Below, piece by piece: positions 28,401 to 42,744 of a stretch of 64,000 nucleotides of DNA. Within the stretch, counting starts at the first letter, position 1. The number at the start of each line of letters is the position of its first letter. Origin of the DNA: Eledone cirrhosa (Eukaryota). Both the position numbers and the translations under genes were made by a program. Location: the NCBI GenBank assembly GCA_964016885.1, contig CAXHJY010000096.1, positions 2,232,001-2,296,000 on the forward strand, written 5' to 3'. The notes below the pieces were generated by a model. The model did no database searches, had not been told where the DNA came from, and worked only from the letters and a program-made list of their open reading frames with translations.

Positions 28401-31400
28401 GTCCAAGGGGAGATAATTTCCAGCCGTCCAAGGGTAGATAATATCCAGCCGTCCAAGGACATATTTTCCAGCCGTCCAAGGAGAGGTAATTTCTAGCCGT
28501 CCAAGGGGAGATAAATTCCAGCCTCCAAGGTGAGATAATTTCCAGCCAGCCAAGGGGAGATAATTTGTAAAAAAATCAGGGGGAGATAATTTGTAAAAAA
28601 AATCAGGGGGAGATAATTTGTAAAAAAAAATCAGGGGGAGATAATTTGTAAAAAATAATCAGGGGGAGATAATTTGTAAAAAAAAATCAGGGGGAGATAA
28701 TTTGCAAAAAAAATCAGGGGGAGATAATTTGTAAAAAAAAATCAGGGGTAGATAATTTGTAAAAAAAAATCAGGGGGAGATAATTTGTAAAAAAAAATCA
28801 GGGGGAGATAATTTGTAAAAAAAATCAAGGGGAGATAATTTCCAGCCGTCCAAGGGGAGATAATTTTCAGCCGTCCAAGGAGAGATAATTTCCCGCCAGC
28901 CAAGGGAAGATAATTTTTAAAAAAATCAGGCGGAGATTGTAAAAAAAATCAGGGGGGAGATAATTTGTAAAAAAATCAGGGGGAGATAATTTGTAAAAAA
29001 AAATCAAGGGGAGATAATTTCCAGCCGTCCAAGGGGAGATAATTTCCCGCCAGCCAAGGGAAGATAATATTTAAAAAAATTAGGCGGAGATAATTTGTAA
29101 AAAAAATCAGGGGGAGATAATTTGTAAAAAAATCAGGGGGAGATAATTTGTAAAAAAAATCAGGGGGAGATAATTTGTAAAAAAAATCATGGGGAGATAA
29201 TTTGTAAAAAAAAATCAGGGGTAGATAATTTGTAAAAAAAATCAAGGGGAGATAATTTCCAGCCGTCCAAGGAGAGATAATTTTTAAAAAAATCAGGCGG
29301 AGATAATTTGTAAAAAAAAATCAGGGGGAGATAATTTGTAAAAAAAAATCAGGGGGAGATAATTTGTAAAAAAAATCAAGGGGAGATAATTTCCAGCCGT
29401 CCAAGGGGAGATAATTTTCAGCCGTCCAAGGGGAGATAATTTCCCGCCAGCCAAGGGAAGATAATATTCAAAAAAATTAGGCGGAGATAATTTGTAAAAA
29501 AAATCAGGGGGAGATAATTTGTAAAAAAATCAGGGGGAGATAATTTGTAAAAAAAAAAAATCAGGGGGAGATAATTTGTAAAAAAAATAAGGGGGAGATA
29601 ATTTGTAAAAAAAAATCAGGGGTAGATAATTTGTAAAAAAAAATCAGGGGGAGATAATTTGTAAAAAAAAATCAGGGGGAGATAATTTGTAAAAAAAATG
29701 AAAGGGGAGATAATATCCAGCCGTCCAAGGGGAGATAATTTCCAGCCGTCCAAGGGGAGATAATTTCCAGCCGTCCAAGGGGAGATAATTTCCATCCTTC
29801 CAAGGGGATATAATTTCCAGCCGTCCAAGGGGAGATAATTTCCATCCTTCCAAGGGGATATAATTTCCAGCCGTCCAAGGGGAGATAATTTTCAGCCGTC
29901 CAAGGAGAGGTAATTTCTAGCCGTCCAAGGAGAGATAATTTCCAGCCGTCCAAGGAGAGATAATTTCCAACCGTCCAAGGGGAGATAATTTCCAGCCGTC
30001 CAAGGAGACATATTTTCCAGCCGTCCAAGGAGAGGTAATTCCTAGCCGTCCAAGGGGAGATAAATTCCAGCGTCCAAGGGGAGATAATTTCCAGCCAGCC
30101 AAGGGGAGATAATTTGTAAAAAAAATCAGGGGGAGATAATTTGTAAAAAAAATCAGGGGGAGATAATTTGTAAAAAAAAATCAGGGGTAGATAATTTGTA
30201 AAAAATAATCAGGGGGAGATAATTTGTAAAAAAAATCAAGGGGAGATAATTTCCAGCCGTCCAAGGGGAGATAATTTTCAGCCGTCCAAGGGGAGATAAT
30301 TTCCCGCCAGCCAAGGGAATATAATATTTAAAAAAATTAGGCGGAGATAATTTGTAAAAAAAATCAGGGGGAGATAATTTGTAAAAAAATCAGGGGGAGA
30401 TAATTTGTAAAAAAAATCAGGGGGAGATAATTTGTAAAAAAAATCAGGGGGAGATAATTTGTAAAAAAAAATCAGGGGGAGATAATTTGTAAAAAAAATC
30501 AAGGGGAGATAATTTCCAGCCGTCCAAGGGAAGATAATTTCCTGCCCTCCAAGGGGCTATAATTTCCAGCGTCCAAGGGGAGATAATTTCCAGCCAGCGA
30601 AGGGGAGATAATTTTTTTTAAAAAATCATTGGGAGATTTGTAAAAAAAATCAGGGGGAGATAATTTGTAAAAAAAATCAAGGGGAGATAATTTCCAGCCG
30701 TCCAAGGGGAGGTAATATCTAGCCGTCCAAGGGGAGATAATTTCCAGCCGTCCAAGGGGAGATAATTTCCAGCCGTCCAAGGGTAGATAATATCCAGCCG
30801 TCCAAGGACATATTTTCCAGCCGTCCAAGGAGAGGTAATTTCTAGCCGTCCAAGGGGAGATAAATTCCAGCCTCCAAGGTGAGATAATTTCCAGCCAGCC
30901 AAGGGGAGATAATTTGTAAAAAAATCAGGGGGAGATAATTTGTAAAAAAAATCAGGGGGAGATAATTTGTAAAAAAAAATCAGGGGGAGATAATTTGCAA
31001 AAAAAATCAGGGGGAGATAATTTGTAAAAAAAAATCAGGGGTAGATAATTTGTAAAAAAAAATCAGGGGGAGATAATTTGTAAAAAAAAATCAGGGGGAG
31101 ATAATTTGTAAAAAAAATCAAGGGGAGATAATTTCCAGCCGTCCAAGGGGAGATAATTTTCAGCCGTCCAAGGAGAGATAATTTCCCGCCAGCCAAGGGA
31201 AGATAATTTTTAAAAAAATCAGGCGGAGATTGTAAAAAAAATCAGGGGGGAGATAATTTGTAAAAAAATCAGGGGGAGATAATTTGTAAAAAAAAATCAA
31301 GGGGAGATAATTTCCAGCCGTCAAAGGGGAGATAATTTCCCGCCAGCCAAGGGAAGATAATATTTAAAAAAATTAGGCGGAGATAATTTGTAAAAAAATC

Positions 31401-34400
31401 AGGGGGAGATAATTTGTAAAAAAATCAGGGGGAGATAATTTGTAAAAAAAATCAGGGGGAGATAATTTGTAAAAAAAATCATGGGGAGATAATTTGTAAA
31501 AAAAAATCAGGGGTAGATAATTTGTAAAAAAAAATCAGGGGGAGATAATTTGTAAAAAAAAATCAGGGGGAGATAATTTGTAAAAAAAATCAAGGGGAGA
31601 TAATTTCCAGCCGTCCAAGGGGAGATAATTTTCAGCCGTCCAAGGAGAGGTAATTTCTAGCCGTCCAAGGGGAGATAATTTCCAGCCGTCCAAGGGGAGG
31701 TAATTTCCAGCCGTCCAAGGGGAGATAATTTTAAAAAAAAAATCAGGCGGAGATAATTTGTAAAAAAAATCAAGGGCAGATAATTTGCAGCCGTCCAAGG
31801 GGAGATAATTTTCAGTCGTCCAAGGAGAGGTAATTTCTAGCCGTCCAAGGGGAGATAATTGCCAGCCGTCCAAGGGGAGATAATTTCCAGCCGTCCAAGG
31901 GGAGATAATTTTTTTTAAAAAATCAGGCGGAGATAATTTTTAAAAAAAATCAGGGGGAGATAATTTGTAAACAAAATCAGGGGGAGATAATTTGTAAAAA
32001 AAAATCAGGGGGAGATAATTTGTAAAAAAAATCATGGAGAGATAATTTCCAGCCGTCCAAGGTGAGATAATTTCCAGCCGTCCAAGGAGACATATTTTCC
32101 AGCCGTCCAAGGCGAGGTAATTTCTAGCCGTCCAAGGGGAGATAAATTCCAGCCTCCAAGGGGAGATAATTTCCAGCCAGCCAAGTGGAGATAATTTGTA
32201 AAAAAATCAGGGGGAGATAATTTGTAAAAAATATCAGGGAGATAATTTGTAAAAAAAAATCAGGGGGAGATAATTTGTAAAAAAAAATCAGGGGGAGATA
32301 ATTTGTAAAAAAATTCAAGGGGAGATAATTTCCAGCCGTCCAAGGGGAGATAATTTTCAGCCGTCCAAGGGGAGATAATTTCCCGCCAGCCAAGGGAAGA
32401 TAATATTTAAAAAAATCAGGCGGAGATAATTTGTAAAAAAAATCAGGGGGAGATAATTTGTAAAAAAATCAGGGGGAGATAATTTGTAAAAAAAAAATCA
32501 GGGGGAGATAATTTGTAAAAAAAATCAGGGGGAGATAATTTGTAAAAAAAAATCAGGGGTAGATAATTTGTAAACAAAAATCAGGGGGAGATAATTTGTA
32601 AAAAAAAATCAGGGGGAGATAATTTGTAAAAAAAATGAAAGGGGAGATAATATCCAGCCGTCCAAGGGGAGATAATTTCCAGCCGTCCAAGGGGAGATAA
32701 TTTTCAGCCGTCCAAGGAGAGGTAATTTCTAACCGTCCAAGGGGAGATAATTTCCAGCCGTCCAAGGGGAGGTAATTTCCAGCCGTCCAAGGGGAGATAA
32801 TTTTTAAAAAAAAATCAGGCGGAGATAATTTGTAAAAAAAATCAAGGGGAGATAATTTGCAGCCGTCCAAGGGGAGATAATTTTCAGTCGTCCAAGGGGA
32901 GATAATTTCCAGCCGTCCAAGGGGAGATAATTTCCAGCCGTCCAAGGGGAGATAATTTTTTTTTAAAAATCAGGCGGAGATAATTTGTAAAAAAAATCAG
33001 GGGGAGATAATTTGTAAACAAAATCAGGGGGAGATAATTTGTAAAAAAAAATCAGGGGGAGATAATTTGTAAAAAAAATCAGGGGGAGATAATTTGTAAA
33101 AAAAAATCAGGGGGAGATAATTTGTAAAAAAAATCAAGGGGAGATAATTTCCAGCCGTCCAAGGGGAGATAATTTTCAGCCGTCCAAGGAGAGGTAATTT
33201 CTAACCGTCCGAGGAGAGATAATTTCCAGCCGTCCAAGGGGAGATAATTTCCAGCCGTCCAAGGGGAGATAATTTCCAGCCGTCCAAGGAGACATATTTT
33301 CCAGCCGTCCAAGGAGAGGTAATTTCTAGCCGTCCAAGGGGAGATAAATTCCAGCCTCCAAGGGGAGATAATTTCCAGCCAGCCAAGGGGAGATAATTTG
33401 TAAAAAAATCAGGGGGAGATAATTTGCAAAAAAAATCAGGGGGAGATAATTTGTAAAAAAAATCAGGGGGAGATAATTTGTAAAAAATAATCAGGGGGAG
33501 ATAATTTCCAGCCGTCCAAGGGAAGATAATTTCCAGCCCTCCAAGGGGCTATAATTTCCAGTGTCCAAGGGGAGATAATTTCCAGCCAGCGAAGGGGAGA
33601 TAATTTTTTTTAAAAAATCATTGGGAGATTTGTAAAAAAAATCAGGGGGAGATAATTTGTAAAAAAAATCAAGGGGAGATAATTTCCAGCCGTCCAAGGG
33701 GAGGTAATATCTAGCCGTCCAAGGGGAGATAATTTCCAGCCGTCCAAGGGGAGATAATTTCCAGCCGTCCAAGGGTAGATAATATCCAGCCGCCCAAGGA
33801 CATATTTTCCAGCCGTCCAAGGAGAGGTAAATTCTAGCCGTCCAAGGGGAGATAAATTCCAGCCTCCAAGGGGAGATAATTTCCAGCCAGCCAAGGGGAG
33901 ATAATTTGTAAAAAAATCAGGGGGAGATAATTTGTAAAAAAAATCAGGGGGAGATAATTTGTAAAAAAAAATCAGGGGGAGATAATTTGTAAAAAAAAAT
34001 CAGGGGGAGATAATTTGTAAAAAAAAATCAGGGGGAGATAATTTGTAAAAAAAATCAAGGGGAGATAATTTCCAGCCGTCCAAGGAGAGATAATTTTAAA
34101 AAAAATCAGGCGGAGATAATTTGTAAAAAAAAATCAGGGGGAGATAATTTGTAAAAAAAATCAGGGGGAGATAATTTGTAAAAAAAAATCAGGGGTAGAT
34201 AATTTGTAAAAAAAAATCAGGGGGAGATAATTTGTAAAAAAAAATCAGGGGGAGATAATTTGTAAAAAAAATCAAGGGGAGATAATTTCCAGCCGTCCAA
34301 GGAGAGATAATTTAAAAAAAAATCAGGCGGAGATAATTTGTAAAAAAAAATTAGGGGGAGATAATTTGTAAAAAAAAATCAGGGGGAGATAATTTGTAAA

Positions 34401-37400
34401 AAAAAATCAAGGGGAGATAATTTCCAGCCGTCCAAGGGGAGATAATTTCCAGCCGTCCAAGGGTAGATAATATCCAGCCGCCCAAGGACATATTTTCCAG
34501 CCGTCCAAGGAGAGGTAAATTCTAGCCGTCCAAGGGGAGATAAATTCCAGCCTCCAAGGGGAGATAATTTCCAGCCAGCCAAGGGGAGATAATTTGTAAA
34601 AAAATCAGGGGGAGATAATTTGTAAAAAAAATCAGGGGGAGATAATTTGTAAAAAAAAATCAGGGGGAGATAATTTGTAAAAAAAAATCAGGGGGAGATA
34701 ATTTGTAAAAAAAAATCAGGGGGAGATAATTTGTAAAAAAAATCAAGGGGAGATAATTTCCAGCCGTCCAAGGAGAGATAATTTTAAAAAAAATCAGGCG
34801 GAGATAATTTGTAAAAAAAAATCAGGGGGAGATAATTTGTAAAAAAAATCAGGGGGAGATAATTTGTAAAAAAAAATCAGGGGTAGATAATTTGTAAAAA
34901 AAAATCAGGGGGAGATAATTTGTAAAAAAAAATCAGGGGGAGATAATTTGTAAAAAAAATCAAGGGGAGATAATTTCCAGCCGTCCAAGGAGAGATAATT
35001 TAAAAAAAAATCAGGCGGAGATAATTTGTAAAAAAAAATTAGGGGGAGATAATTTGTAAAAAAAAATCAGGGGGAGATAATTTGTAAAAAAAAATCAAGG
35101 GGAGATAATTTCCAGCCGTCCAAGGGGAGATAATTTTCAGCCGTCCAAGGGGAGATAATTTCCCGCCAGCCAAGGGAAGATAATATTCAAAAAAATCAGG
35201 CGGAGATAATTTGTAAAAAAAATCAGGGGGAGATAATTTGTAAAAAAATCAGGGGGAGATAATTTGTAAAAAAAAAAATCAGGGGGAGATAATTTGTAAA
35301 AAAAATCAGGGGGAGATAATTTGTAAAAAAAAATCAGGGGTAGATAATTTGTAAAAAAAAATCAGGGGGAGATAATTTGTAAAAAAAAATCAGGGGGAGA
35401 TAATTTGTAAAAAAAATGAAAGGGGAGATAATATCCAGCCGTCCAAGGGGAGATAATTTCCAGCCGTCCAAGGGGAGATAATTTCCAGCCGTCCAAGGGG
35501 AGAAAATTTCCATCCTTCCAAGGGGATATAATTTCCAGCCGTCCAAGGGGAGATAATTTCCATCCTTCCAAGGGGATATAATTTCCAGCCGTCCAAGGGG
35601 AGATAATTTTCAGCCGTCCAAGGAGAGGTAATTTCTAGCCGTCCAAGGAGAGATAATTTCCAGCCGTCCAAGGGGAGATAATTTCCAGCCGTCCAAGGGG
35701 AGATAATTTCCAGCCGTCCAAGGAGACATATTTTCCAGCCGTCCAAGGAGAGGTAATTCCTAGCCGTCCAAGGGGAGATAAATTCCAGCCTCCAAGGGGA
35801 GATAATTTCCAGCCAGCCAAGGGGAGATAATTTGTAAAAAAAATCAGGGGGAGATAATTTCTAAAAAAAATCAGGGGGAGATAATTTGTAAAAAAAAATC
35901 AGGGGGAGATAATTTGTAAAAAATAATCAGGGGGAGATAATTTGTAAAAAAAAATCAAGGGGAGATAATTTCCAGCCGTCCAAGGGGAGATAATTTTCAG
36001 CCGTCCAAGGGGAGATAATTTCCCGCCAGCCAAGGGAAGATAATATTTAAAAAAATTAGGCGGAGATAATTTGTAAAAAAAATCAGGGGGAGATAATTTG
36101 TAAAAAAATCAGGGGGAGATAATTTGTAAAAAAAATCAGGGGGAGATAATTTGTAAAAAAAATCAGGGGGAGATAATTTGTAAAAAAAAATCAGGGGTAG
36201 ATAATTTGTAAAAAAAAATCAGGGGGAGATAATTTGTAAAAAAAAATCAGGGGGAGATAATTTGTAAAAAAAATCAAGGGGAGATAATTTCCAGCCGTCC
36301 AAGGAGAGATAATTTTAAAAAAAATCAGGCGGAGATAATTTGTAAAAAAAAATCAGGGGGAGATAATTTGTAAAAAAAAATCAGGGGGAGATAATTTGTA
36401 AAAAAAATCAAGGGGAGATAATTTCCAGCCGTCCAAGGGGAGATAATTTTCAGCCGTCCAAGGGGAGATAATTTCCCGCCAGCCAAGGGAAGATAATATT
36501 CAAAAAAATCAGGCGGAGATAATTTGTAAAAAAAATCAGGGGGAGATAATTTGTAAAAAAAAAAATCAGGGGGAGATAATTTGTAAAAAAAATCAGGGGG
36601 AGATAATTTGTAAAAAAAAATCAGGGGTAGATAATTTGTAAAAAAAAATCAGGGGGAGATAATTTGTAAAAAAAAATCAGGGGGAGATAATTTGTAAAAA
36701 AAATGAAAGGGGAGATAATATCCAGCCGTCCAAGGGGAGATAATTTCCAGCCGTCCAAGGGGAGATAATTTCCAGCCGTCCAAGGGGAGATAATTTCCAT
36801 CCTTCCAAGGGGATATAATTTCCAGCCGTCCAAGGGGAGATAATTTCCATCCTTCCAAGGGGATATAATTTCCAGCCGTCCAAGGGGAGATAATTTTCAG
36901 CCGTCCAAGGAGAGGTAATTTCTAGCCGTCCAAGGAGAGATAATTTCCAGCCGTCCAAGGGGAGATAATTTCCAGCCGTCCAAGGGGAGATAATTTCCAG
37001 CCGTCCAAGGAGACATATTTTCCAGCCGTCCAAGGAGAGGTAATTCCTAGCCGTCCAAGGGGAGATAAATTCCAGCCTCCAAGGGGAGATAATTTCCAGC
37101 CAGCCAAGGGGAGATAATTTGTAAAAAAAATCAGGGGGAGATAATTTGTAAAAAAAATCAGGGGGAGATAATTTGTAAAAAAAAATCAGGGGTAGATAAT
37201 TTGTAAAAAAAAATCAGGGGGAGATAATTTGTAAAAAAAAATCAGGAGGAGATAATTTGTAAAAAAAATCAAGGGGAGATAATTTCCAGCCGTCCAAGGA
37301 GAGATAATTTTTAAAAAAATCAGGCGGAGATAATTTGTAAAAAAAAATCAGGGGGAGATAATTTGTAAAAAAAAATCAGGGGGAGATAATTTGTAAAAAA

Positions 37401-39615
37401 AATCAAGGGGAGATAATTTCCAGCCGTCCAAGGGGAGATAATTTTCAGCCGTCCAAGGGGAGATAATTTCCCGCCAGCCAAGGGAAGATAATATTCAAAA
37501 AAATTAGGCGGAGATAATTTGTAAAAAAAATCAGGGGGAGATAATTTGTAAAAAAATCAGGGGGAGATAATTTGTAAAAAAAAAAAATCAGGGGGAGATA
37601 ATTTGTAAAAAAAATAAGGGGGAGATAATTTGTAAAAAAAAATCAGGGGTAGATAATTTGTAAAAAAAAATCGGGGAGATAATTTGTAAAAAAAAATCAG
37701 GGGGAGATAATTTGTAAAAAAAATGAAAGGGGAGATAATATCCAGCCGTCCAAGGGGAGATAATTTCCAGCCGTCCAAGGGGAGATAATTTCCAGCCGTC
37801 CAAGGGGAGATAATTTCCATCCTTCCAAGGGGATATAATTTCCAGCCGTCCAAGGGGAGATAATTTCCATCCTTCCAAGGGGATATAATTTCCAGCCGTC
37901 CAAGGGGAGATAATTTTCAGCCGTCCAAGGAGAGGTAATTTCTAGCCGTCCAAGGAGAGATAATTTCCAGCCGTCCAAGGGGAGATAATTTCCAGCCGTC
38001 CAAGGGGAGATAATTTCCAGCCGTCCAAGGAGACATATTTTCCAGCCGTCCAAGGAGAGGTAATTCCTAGCCGTCCAAGGGGAGATAAATTCCAGCCTCC
38101 AAGGGGAGATAATTTCCAGCCAGCCAAGGGGAGATAATTTGTAAAAAAAATCAGGGGGAGATAATTTGTAAAAAAAATCAGGGGGAGATAATTTGTAAAA
38201 AAAAATCAGGGGGAGATAATTTGTAAAAAATAATCAGGGGGAGATAATTTGTAAAAAAAATCAAGGGGAGATAATTTCCAGCCGTCCAAGGGGAGATAAT
38301 TTTCAGCCGTCCAAGGGGAGATAATTTCCCGCCAGCCAAGGGAAGATAATATTTAAAAAAATTAGGCGGAGATAATTTGTAAAAAAAATCAGAGGGAGAT
38401 AATTTGTAAAAAAATCAGGGTGAGATAATTTGTAAAAAAAATCAGGGGGAGATAATTTGTAAAAAAAATCAGGGGGAGATAATTTGTAAAAAAAAATCAG
38501 GGGGAGATAATTTGTAAAAAAAATCAAGGGGAGATAATTTCCAGCCGTCCAAGGGAAGATAATTTCCAGCCCTCCAAGGGGCTATAATTTCCAGCGTCCA
38601 AGGGGAGATAATTTCCAGCCAGCGAAGGGGAGATAATTTTTTTTAAAAAATCATTGGGAGATTTGTAAAAAAAATCAGGGGGAGATAATTTGTAAAAAAA
38701 ATCAAGGGGAGATAATTTCCAGCCGTCCAAGGGGAGGTAATATCTAGCCGTCCAAGGGGAGATAATTTCCAGCCGTCCAAGGGGAGATAATTTCCAGCCG
38801 TCCAAGGGTAGATAATATCCAGCCGTCCAAGGACATATTTTCCAGCCGTCCAAGGAGAGGTAATTTCTAGCCGTCCAAGGGGAGATAAATTCCAGCCTCC
38901 AAGGTGAGATAATTTCCAGCCAGCCAAGGGGAGATAATTTGTAAAAAAATCAGGGGGAGATAATTTGTAAAAAAAATCAGGGGGAGATAATTTGTAAAAA
39001 AAAATCAGGGGGAGATAATTTGTAAAAAATAATCAGGGGGAGATAATTTGTAAAAAAAAATCAGGGGGAGATAATTTGCAAAAAAAATCAGGGGGAGATA
39101 ATTTGTAAAAAAAAATCAGGGGTAGATAATTTGTAAAAAAAAATCAGGGGGAGATAATTTGTAAAAAAAAATCAAGGGGAGATAATTTGTAAAAAAAATC
39201 AAGGGGAGATAATTTCCAGCCGTCCAAGGGGAGATAATTTTCAGCCGTCCAAGGAGAGATAATTTCCCGCCAGCCAAGGGAAGATAATTTTTAAAAAAAT
39301 CAGGCGGAGATTGTAAAAAAAATCAGGGGGGAGATAATTTGTAAAAAAATCAGGGGGAGATAATTTGTAAAAAAAAATCAAGGGGAGATAATTTCCAGCC
39401 GTCCAAGGGGAGATAATTTCCCGCCAGCCAAGGGAAGATAATATTTAAAAAAATTAGGCGGAGATAATTTGTAAAAAAAATCAGGGGGAGATAATTTGTA
39501 AAAAAATCAGGGGGAGATAATTTGTAAAAAAAATCAGGGGGAGATAATTTGTAAAAAAAATCATGGGGAGATAATTTGTAAAAAAAAATCAGGGGTAGAT
39601 AATTTGTAAAAAAAA
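19484..39615 (+). repeat. About 10-kb tandem duplication: copy 1 about 19484-29222, copy 2 about 29223-39615
   Basis: The offset is 9739/9738 in the first part and about 10374-10403 after an internal 688-bp duplication. Paired rare variants are GGGAATAT (20581/30320), GTCAAAGG (21581/31320), AAGGGCAG (22039/31777) and GAGAAAAT (25101/35504). Confidence 0.9.
33720..35135 (+). repeat. 688-bp tandem duplication nested in copy 2 of the 10-kb duplication
   Basis: GGTAAATTCTAG occurs at 33826 and 34514, and TTAGGGGGAG at 34351 and 35039. Copy 1 has only one such unit (about 24000-24700). Confidence 0.88.
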
Positions 39616-42600
39616 ATCAGGGGGAGATAATTTGTAAAAAAAAATCAGGGGGAGATAATTTGTAAAAAAAATCAAGGGGAGATAATTTCCAGCCGTCCAA
39701 GGGGAGATAATTTTCAGCCGTCCAAGGAGAGGTAATTTCTAGCCGTCCAAGGGGAGATAATTTCCAGCCGTCCAAGGGGAGGTAATTTCCAGCCGTCCAA
39801 GGGGAGATAATTTCCAGCCGTCCAAGGAGACATATTTTCCAGCCGTCCAAGGAGAGGTAATTTCTAGCCGTCCAAGGGGAGATAAATTCCAGCCTCCAAG
39901 GGGAGATAATTTCCAGCCAGCCAAGGGGAGATAATTTGTAAAAAAATCAGGGGGAGATAATTAGCAAAAAAAATCAGGGGGAGATAATTTGTAAAAAAAA
40001 TCAGGGGGAGATAATTTGTAAAAAATAATCAGGGGGAGATAATTTCCAGCCGTCCAAGGGAAGATAATTTCCAGCCCTCCAAGGGGCTATAATTTCCAGT
40101 GTCCAAGGGGAGATAATTTCCAGCCAGCGAAGGGGAGATAATTTTTTTTAAAAAATCATTGGGAGATTTGTAAAAAAAATCAGGGGGAGATAATTTGTAA
40201 AAAAAATCAAGGGGAGATAATTTCCAGCCGTCCAAGGGGAGGTAATATCTAGCCGTCCAAGGGGAGATAATTTCCAGCCGTCCAAGGGGAGATAATTTCC
40301 AGCCGTCCAAGGGTAGATAATTTCCAGCCGTCCAACGGGAGATAATTTCCAGCCGTCCAAGGGTAGATAATATCCAGCCGCCCAAGGACATATTTTCCAG
40401 CCGTCCAAGGAGAGGTAATTTCTAGCCGTCCAAGGGGAGATAATTTCCAGCCGTCCAAGGGGAGGTAATATCTAGCCGTCCAAGGGTAGATAATTTCCAG
40501 CCGTCCAACGGGAGATAATTTCCAGCCGTCCAAGGGTAGATAATATCCAGCCGCCCAAGGACATATTTTCCAGCCGTCCAAGGAGAGGTAATTTCTAGCC
40601 GTCCAAGGGGAGATAATTTCCAGCCGTCCAAGGGTAGATAATATCCAGCCGTCCAAGGACATATTTTCCAGCCGTCCAAGGAGAGGTAATTTCTAGCCGT
40701 CCAAGGGGAGATAAATTCCAGCCTCCAAGGGGAGATAATTTCCAGCCAGCCAAGGGGAGATAATTTGTAAAAAAAATCAAGGGGAGATAATTTCCAGCCG
40801 TCCAAGGAGAGATAATTTTAAAAAAAATCAGGCGGAGATAATTTGTAAAAAAAAATCAGGGGGAGATAATTTGTAAAAAAAAATCAGGGGGAGATAATTT
40901 GTAAAAAAAAATCAGGGGGAGATAATTTGTAAAAAAAATCAGGAGGAGATAATTTGTAAAAAAAATCAAGGGGAGATAATTTCCAGCCGTCCAAGGAGAG
41001 ATAATTTAAAAAAAAATCAGGCGGAGATAATTTGTAAAAAAAAATCAGGGGGAGATAATTTGTAAAAAAAAATCAGGGGGAGATAATTTGTAAAAAAAAA
41101 TCAAGGGGAGATAATTTCCAGCCGTCCAAGGGGAGATAATTTTCAGCCGTCCAAGGGGAGATAATTTCCAGCCGTCCAAGGAGACATATTTTCCAGCCGT
41201 CCAAGGAGAGGTAATTTCTAGCCGTCCAAGGGGAGATAAATTCCAGCCTCCAAGGGGAGATAATTTCCAGCCAGCCAAGGGGAGATAATTTGTAAAAAAA
41301 TCAGGGGGAGATAATTTGCAAAAAAAATCAGGGGGAGATAATTTGTAAAAAAAATCAGGGGGAGATAATTTGTAAAAAATAATCAGGGGGAGATAATTTC
41401 CAGCCGTCGAAGGGGAGATAATTTTAAAAAAAATCAGGCGGAGATAATTTGTAAAAAAAAATCAGGGGGAGATAATTTGTAAAAAAAAATCAGGGGGAGA
41501 TAATTTGTAAAATAAATCAAGGGGAGATAATTTCCAGCCGTCCAAGGGGAGATAATTTCCCGCCAGCCAAGGGAAGATAATATTTAAAAAAATTAGGCGG
41601 AGTTAATTTGTAAAAAAAATCAGGGGGAGATAATTTGTAAAAAAATCAGGGGGAGATAATTTGTAAAAAAAATCAGGGGGAGATAATTTGTAAAAAAAAT
41701 CATGGGGAGATAATTTGTAAAAAAAAATCAGGGGTAGATAATTTGTAAAAGAAAATCAGGGGGAGATAATTTGTAAAAAAAAATCAGGGGGAGATAATTT
41801 GTAAAAAAAATCAAGGGGAGATAATTTCCAGCCGTCCAAGGGGAGATAATTTTCAGCCGTCCAAGGAGAGGTAATTTCTAGCCGTCCAAGGGGAGATAAT
41901 TTCCAGCCGTCCAAGGGGAGGTAATTTCCAGCCGTCCAAGGGGAGATAATTTTAAAAAAAAAATCAGGCGGAGATAATTTGTAAAAAAAATCAAGGGGAG
42001 ATAATTTGCAGCCGTCCAAGGGGAGATAATTTTCAGTCGTCCAAGGAGAGGTAATTTCTAGCCGTCCAAGGGGAGATAATTGCCAGCCGTCCAAGGGGAG
42101 ATAATTTCCAGCCGTCCAAGGGGAGATAATTTTTTTTAAAAAATCAGGCGGAGATAATTTGTAAAAAAAATCAGGGGGAGATAATTTGTAAACAAAATCA
42201 GGGGGAGATAATTTGTAAAAAAAAATCAGGGGGAGATAATTTGTAAAAAAAATCAAGGGGAGATAATTTCCAGCCGTCCAAGGGAAGATAATTTCCAGCC
42301 CTCCAAGGGGCTATAATTTCCAGCGTCCAAGGGGAGATAATTTCCAGCCAGCGAAGGGGAGATAATTTTTTTTAAAATATCATTGGGAGATTTGTAAAAA
42401 AAATCAGGGGGAGATAATTTGTAAAAAAAATCAAGGGGAGATAATTTCCAGCCGTCCAAGGGGAGGTAATATCTAGCCGTCCAAGGGGAGATAATTTCCA
42501 GCCGTCCAAGGGGAGATAATTTCCAGCCGTCCAAGGGTAGATAATATCCAGCCGTCCAAGGACATATTTTCCAGCCGTCCAAGGAGAGGTAATTTCTAGC

Positions 42601-42744
42601 CGTCCAAGGGGAGATAAATTCCAGCCTCCAAGGGGAGATAATTTCCAGCCAGCCAAGGGGAGATAATTTGTAAAAAAATCAGGGGGAGATAATTTGTAAA
42701 AAAAATCAGGGGGAGATAATTTGTAAAAAAAAATCAGGGGGAGA

